Shown here piece by piece: positions 61,502 through 64,000 of a stretch of 64,000 bases of DNA; the stretch's first letter is position 1, and each line of letters begins with the position of its first letter. The position numbers and the translations under genes are program-made. The notes beneath the pieces were generated by a model, which saw only the letters and a program-made list of their open reading frames with translations, made no database searches and was not told the DNA's origin. Origin of the DNA: an uncultured Verrucomicrobiae bacterium (GTDB lineage Bacteria > Verrucomicrobiota > Verrucomicrobiia > Chthoniobacterales > JAFAMB01); NCBI GenBank assembly GCA_963837955.1, contig CAWIPH010000002.1:3872001-3936000 (forward strand). Reading direction: 5' to 3'.

Positions 61502-61765
61502 ATGCCTAATTTGGCTGACGCCTACGCGCTCTTGGCCAGAAGGGGCATTAAGCACGGCCAGTGGCTTCGCTGGATTGAGGAGCATCTCGAATTCGATCGG
61601 AAAACAGCGTGGCGATACATGCAAGTTTTTTGTCACAAGGACAAATGGGGCAGCGTGCCCCATTTGAATGCTGCCTACGCGTTGCTGGCCCGCAAGAGTG
61701 AGGCCGAGGTGGACATTTGGCAACGCCGCCAGATGTCCCTTTCGCCTGTCGGAAGCCGCTTCTAA
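61502..61765 (+). CDS. DUF3102-like protein (short or truncated)
   Basis: KHGQWLRWIEEHLEFDRKTAWRYMQV. Confidence 0.6.
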   Translation: MPNLADAYALLARRGIKHGQWLRWIEEHLEFDRKTAWRYMQVFCHKDKWGSVPHLNAAYALLARKSEAEVDIWQRRQMSLSPVGSRF

Positions 61766-61773
61766 CATCGCGG

Positions 61774-62028
61774 ATGCCACTAAGGTCCGCAGACGTCGCT
61801 GACAATCCACCGAATGCGGTGCTTACCCCTGAATGGTTAAGACTACCCGCCGCAATTAGTTACTCACAACTGAAAAAGTCCTTGTTATACGAATTGATGG
61901 CTTCGGGACAAATCAAATCCTTCTCGCTAAAAATTCGCCGCGATTCTCTGCGAGGAGCGAGGTTGATTTCGAAATCGTCAATCGACGAATTTTTAGCCCG
62001 GAAAGCTAGAGAGGCCGGGGCCGCATGA
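61774..62028 (+). CDS. AlpA/excisionase-like HTH protein
   Basis: PEWLRLPAA..SQLKKSLLYELM..GQIKS..RGARLISKSSIDEFL. Confidence 0.75.
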   Translation: MPLRSADVADNPPNAVLTPEWLRLPAAISYSQLKKSLLYELMASGQIKSFSLKIRRDSLRGARLISKSSIDEFLARKAREAGAA

Positions 62029-62510
62029 ACAGAGGAGGATCACCGCCTGAAAAAAAAGCGACCGGGCTGCTGCTAGCTCACCCGGTTCGCGGTAAAGGTC
62101 AAAGATTCCCGCGACTATTATCACCGCCGCCCGGCCTTAGCAAATACAGGGCGAATCGTCGCATGGTCGATTTGCTCGTGTTGAGTCCTATTTTTCCTGA
62201 TCTGGACCTTAGTCCAAGGCCGGGCGAAAACGCGGCGGACACTGTCTTCCAGCGTTTTTTGGCGCAGGCCGGGATCGCGGACTCCCTACTGACTGAGCGG
62301 ATTGCCGAACTCCTTGTTGATGAAATTAGGGAACGTCGCCGGCGTAATCTAGCAACCGTCCGCCAGCTGGTCGTGATGCTGAATCTGAACTATCCGGGCG
62401 CTGTTTTGGAAGTCGATTTCATTACAGCCTCACGTTGGATCGGTACAGCCCTCGCGGGCGAAAAGGCGAAGATTGTGAACCCGGCTTCACCCAGGAGGAG
62501 GGCGGAGTGA
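62025..62510 (+). CDS. hypothetical protein
   Basis: ATGA and GTGA coupling on both sides. Confidence 0.6.
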   Translation: MNRGGSPPEKKATGLLLAHPVRGKGQRFPRLLSPPPGLSKYRANRRMVDLLVLSPIFPDLDLSPRPGENAADTVFQRFLAQAGIADSLLTERIAELLVDEIRERRRRNLATVRQLVVMLNLNYPGAVLEVDFITASRWIGTALAGEKAKIVNPASPRRRAE

Positions 62511-63378
62511 ATTGGCGGGCATATGATAAACTCGTTGCGACAAGATTCGCAGCCGGTGAGCTCATTCGTTTCAATTGTGCCGCATGCGGTAAATCGTCGC
62601 TTGACCCGGTTGGAGCAGACACGGTAGGCAGACCGCTTTGCGAAGAATGCGCGGATCCGATCCCTCGGGAGGATGACGATCGGAAGCCGAACTTATCGCG
62701 ATTGCGCCGCGGCACTCGGTCGGAGTTCGATCAAGTCGCTCGAGTTAGGAATCTAGAAACGGCCGCGCTCGAGCGAGCTGACCGGATGGGAACGCTCCGC
62801 TTCGGGATTCTCTGCGGATTACGAAGCTGGATCCTTACCGATTGCAGCGGTTATTGCGCCGAGGGCCGTCCGGTCGACGGGAACCTATATCCGACGTTTA
62901 GAAGCAAGGACTTTGAGCTTGGCGAACGGAAGGCTCAAGCACGATTCGCGACAGTCAAAAATCTTGGCCGGTAGGCATTTTGCCCGCATCTGAATTTCGC
63001 GGCAACTTCAGTACTATCGCCCTGGTCGAGGGTGGTCCGGATTACCTAGCGGCTCTTCACTTCGCCTTGCGGCAAAAGCGCGAAAACATTCTGCCCCTCG
63101 CCATTCTCGGCCGTGGGGCCTGCCGGCAACTACACCGCGAATCGCTGTCCCATTTTGTCGGCAAACGCGTGCGCATCTACCCACACGTCGATCCGGATCT
63201 AGGTGGCCTGGAAAAAGCGGTTCAATGGGCTCGACAACTCGAAGAGCTTGGCTGCGAAGTCGACCTATTCCGCTTTGATGGCCTAAGCAAACGTAGTGGT
63301 CAGCCGGTGAAGGATCTCAACGATTGCGTCGATGTCTGCTCTGATCAGGAGCCTGAATTGGAGGCCTTGTTTTCATGA
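62507..63378 (+). pseudogene. Zn-finger + Toprim primase-like gene split by a frameshift
   Basis: CAAC..CEEC; frame switch near 62940 (ERKAQ / TIRDSQKSWPVGIL); LVEGGPDYLAA, IYPHVDPD, KDLND. Confidence 0.7.
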
Positions 63379-64000
63379 TCCGCGTTCAGAATCCGAACGA
63401 TGCGGAAGAGGAGGTGTCTGCGAATAATAATCACTCACACGCCGGAAACACCGCGAAAAAGCCGAGACTTGGCGCTCCGCTGCACGTTAGTTGGGATGCC
63501 GAAGAAATTGTCTCGACGCTCGAGATTTACTATGACTCCAGTCGCACTTGTTTTTGGGCAAAGAACAATCGCGACGGCTGGATTCAAATCAAAGTCATGG
63601 ATGTCAGACGGTGGCTTGAGCAAGAAGGCTACCGCAGGACCGTTAAGAAGAATGAACGCGTATCCCAGATCGATTCTCTGCTTACGGCGATTCAGCGCTG
63701 CTGCGATGTTGACTATGCCGATTCCCTAGCCGGCTATCGAAAAGGCGTGTACGAGCTCGGCGGGAAACGCATTCTGGTGAAGGACTCGCCAGACCTGCTT
63801 CTTCCAAGGCCGGGCGCCTGGCCACTGCTCGGAGGCATTATCAACCGAATGCTCGGTAGGGAACAAGAAGTTTACTTTTTTGGCTGGCTGAAGGTTGGGG
63901 TTGAATCGCTCTACAGCGCCCGTTTCCGAGTTGGGCAGGCGCTCACTTTGGCCGGGCCGAAAGATTGTGGTAAGTCGCTTCTACAGAATCTGATTACAGA
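63375..64000 (+). CDS. SF3/D5-like helicase (DUF5906-like), partial
   Basis: ATGA-coupled open frame to window end; FFGWLK, Walker A LAGPKDCGKS. Confidence 0.8.
   Translation, partial: MIRVQNPNDAEEEVSANNNHSHAGNTAKKPRLGAPLHVSWDAEEIVSTLEIYYDSSRTCFWAKNNRDGWIQIKVMDVRRWLEQEGYRRTVKKNERVSQIDSLLTAIQRCCDVDYADSLAGYRKGVYELGGKRILVKDSPDLLLPRPGAWPLLGGIINRMLGREQEVYFFGWLKVGVESLYSARFRVGQALTLAGPKDCGKSLLQNLIT

Larger units (their letters stand above)
59606..64000 (+). mobile_element. integrated phage-satellite/IME-like element (partial)
   Basis: att, integrase, AlpA-like HTH, Toprim, SF3 helicase in one direction; runs off window. Confidence 0.8.

Overview
About 55-58% GC bacterial chromosome segment, most likely a soil Verrucomicrobium (Chthoniobacterales-like). 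That assignment is an inference from the RsmA-NUDIX and phosphatase-GlyA fusions and other gene families. Core content: ssuADCB sulfonate operon, malFG-malK-malQ maltodextrin locus, glyA fusion, ECF sigma/anti-sigma-like pair, SET-domain protein, tRNA-Ser(CGA), KimA-like permease, rsmA, bcp, nadA, moeA and two glycosidases. Accessory content: (i) a 2.3 kb integrase-less island at tRNA-Ser(CGA) carrying a secreted S74-chaperone protein, followed by a GC-rich GluR0-like channel/MFS pair and a second tRNA 3' fragment; (ii) two tandem islands delimited by identical 28-bp tRNA-Ser 3' fragments (51481 and 59606). The first is decaying and carries a YoeB toxin, an atypical antitoxin and a divergent unannotated RHH gene with repeated sites. 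The second is a phage-satellite-like element (integrase, AlpA-like HTH, frameshifted Toprim, SF3 helicase) that runs off the window and contains two covarying in-frame palindromes in a DUF3102-like gene. Intergenic DNA holds several modular GTAG-type REP/MITE-like repeat families. All family assignments come from motif recognition by eye; no database searches were run. No CRISPR array was found.
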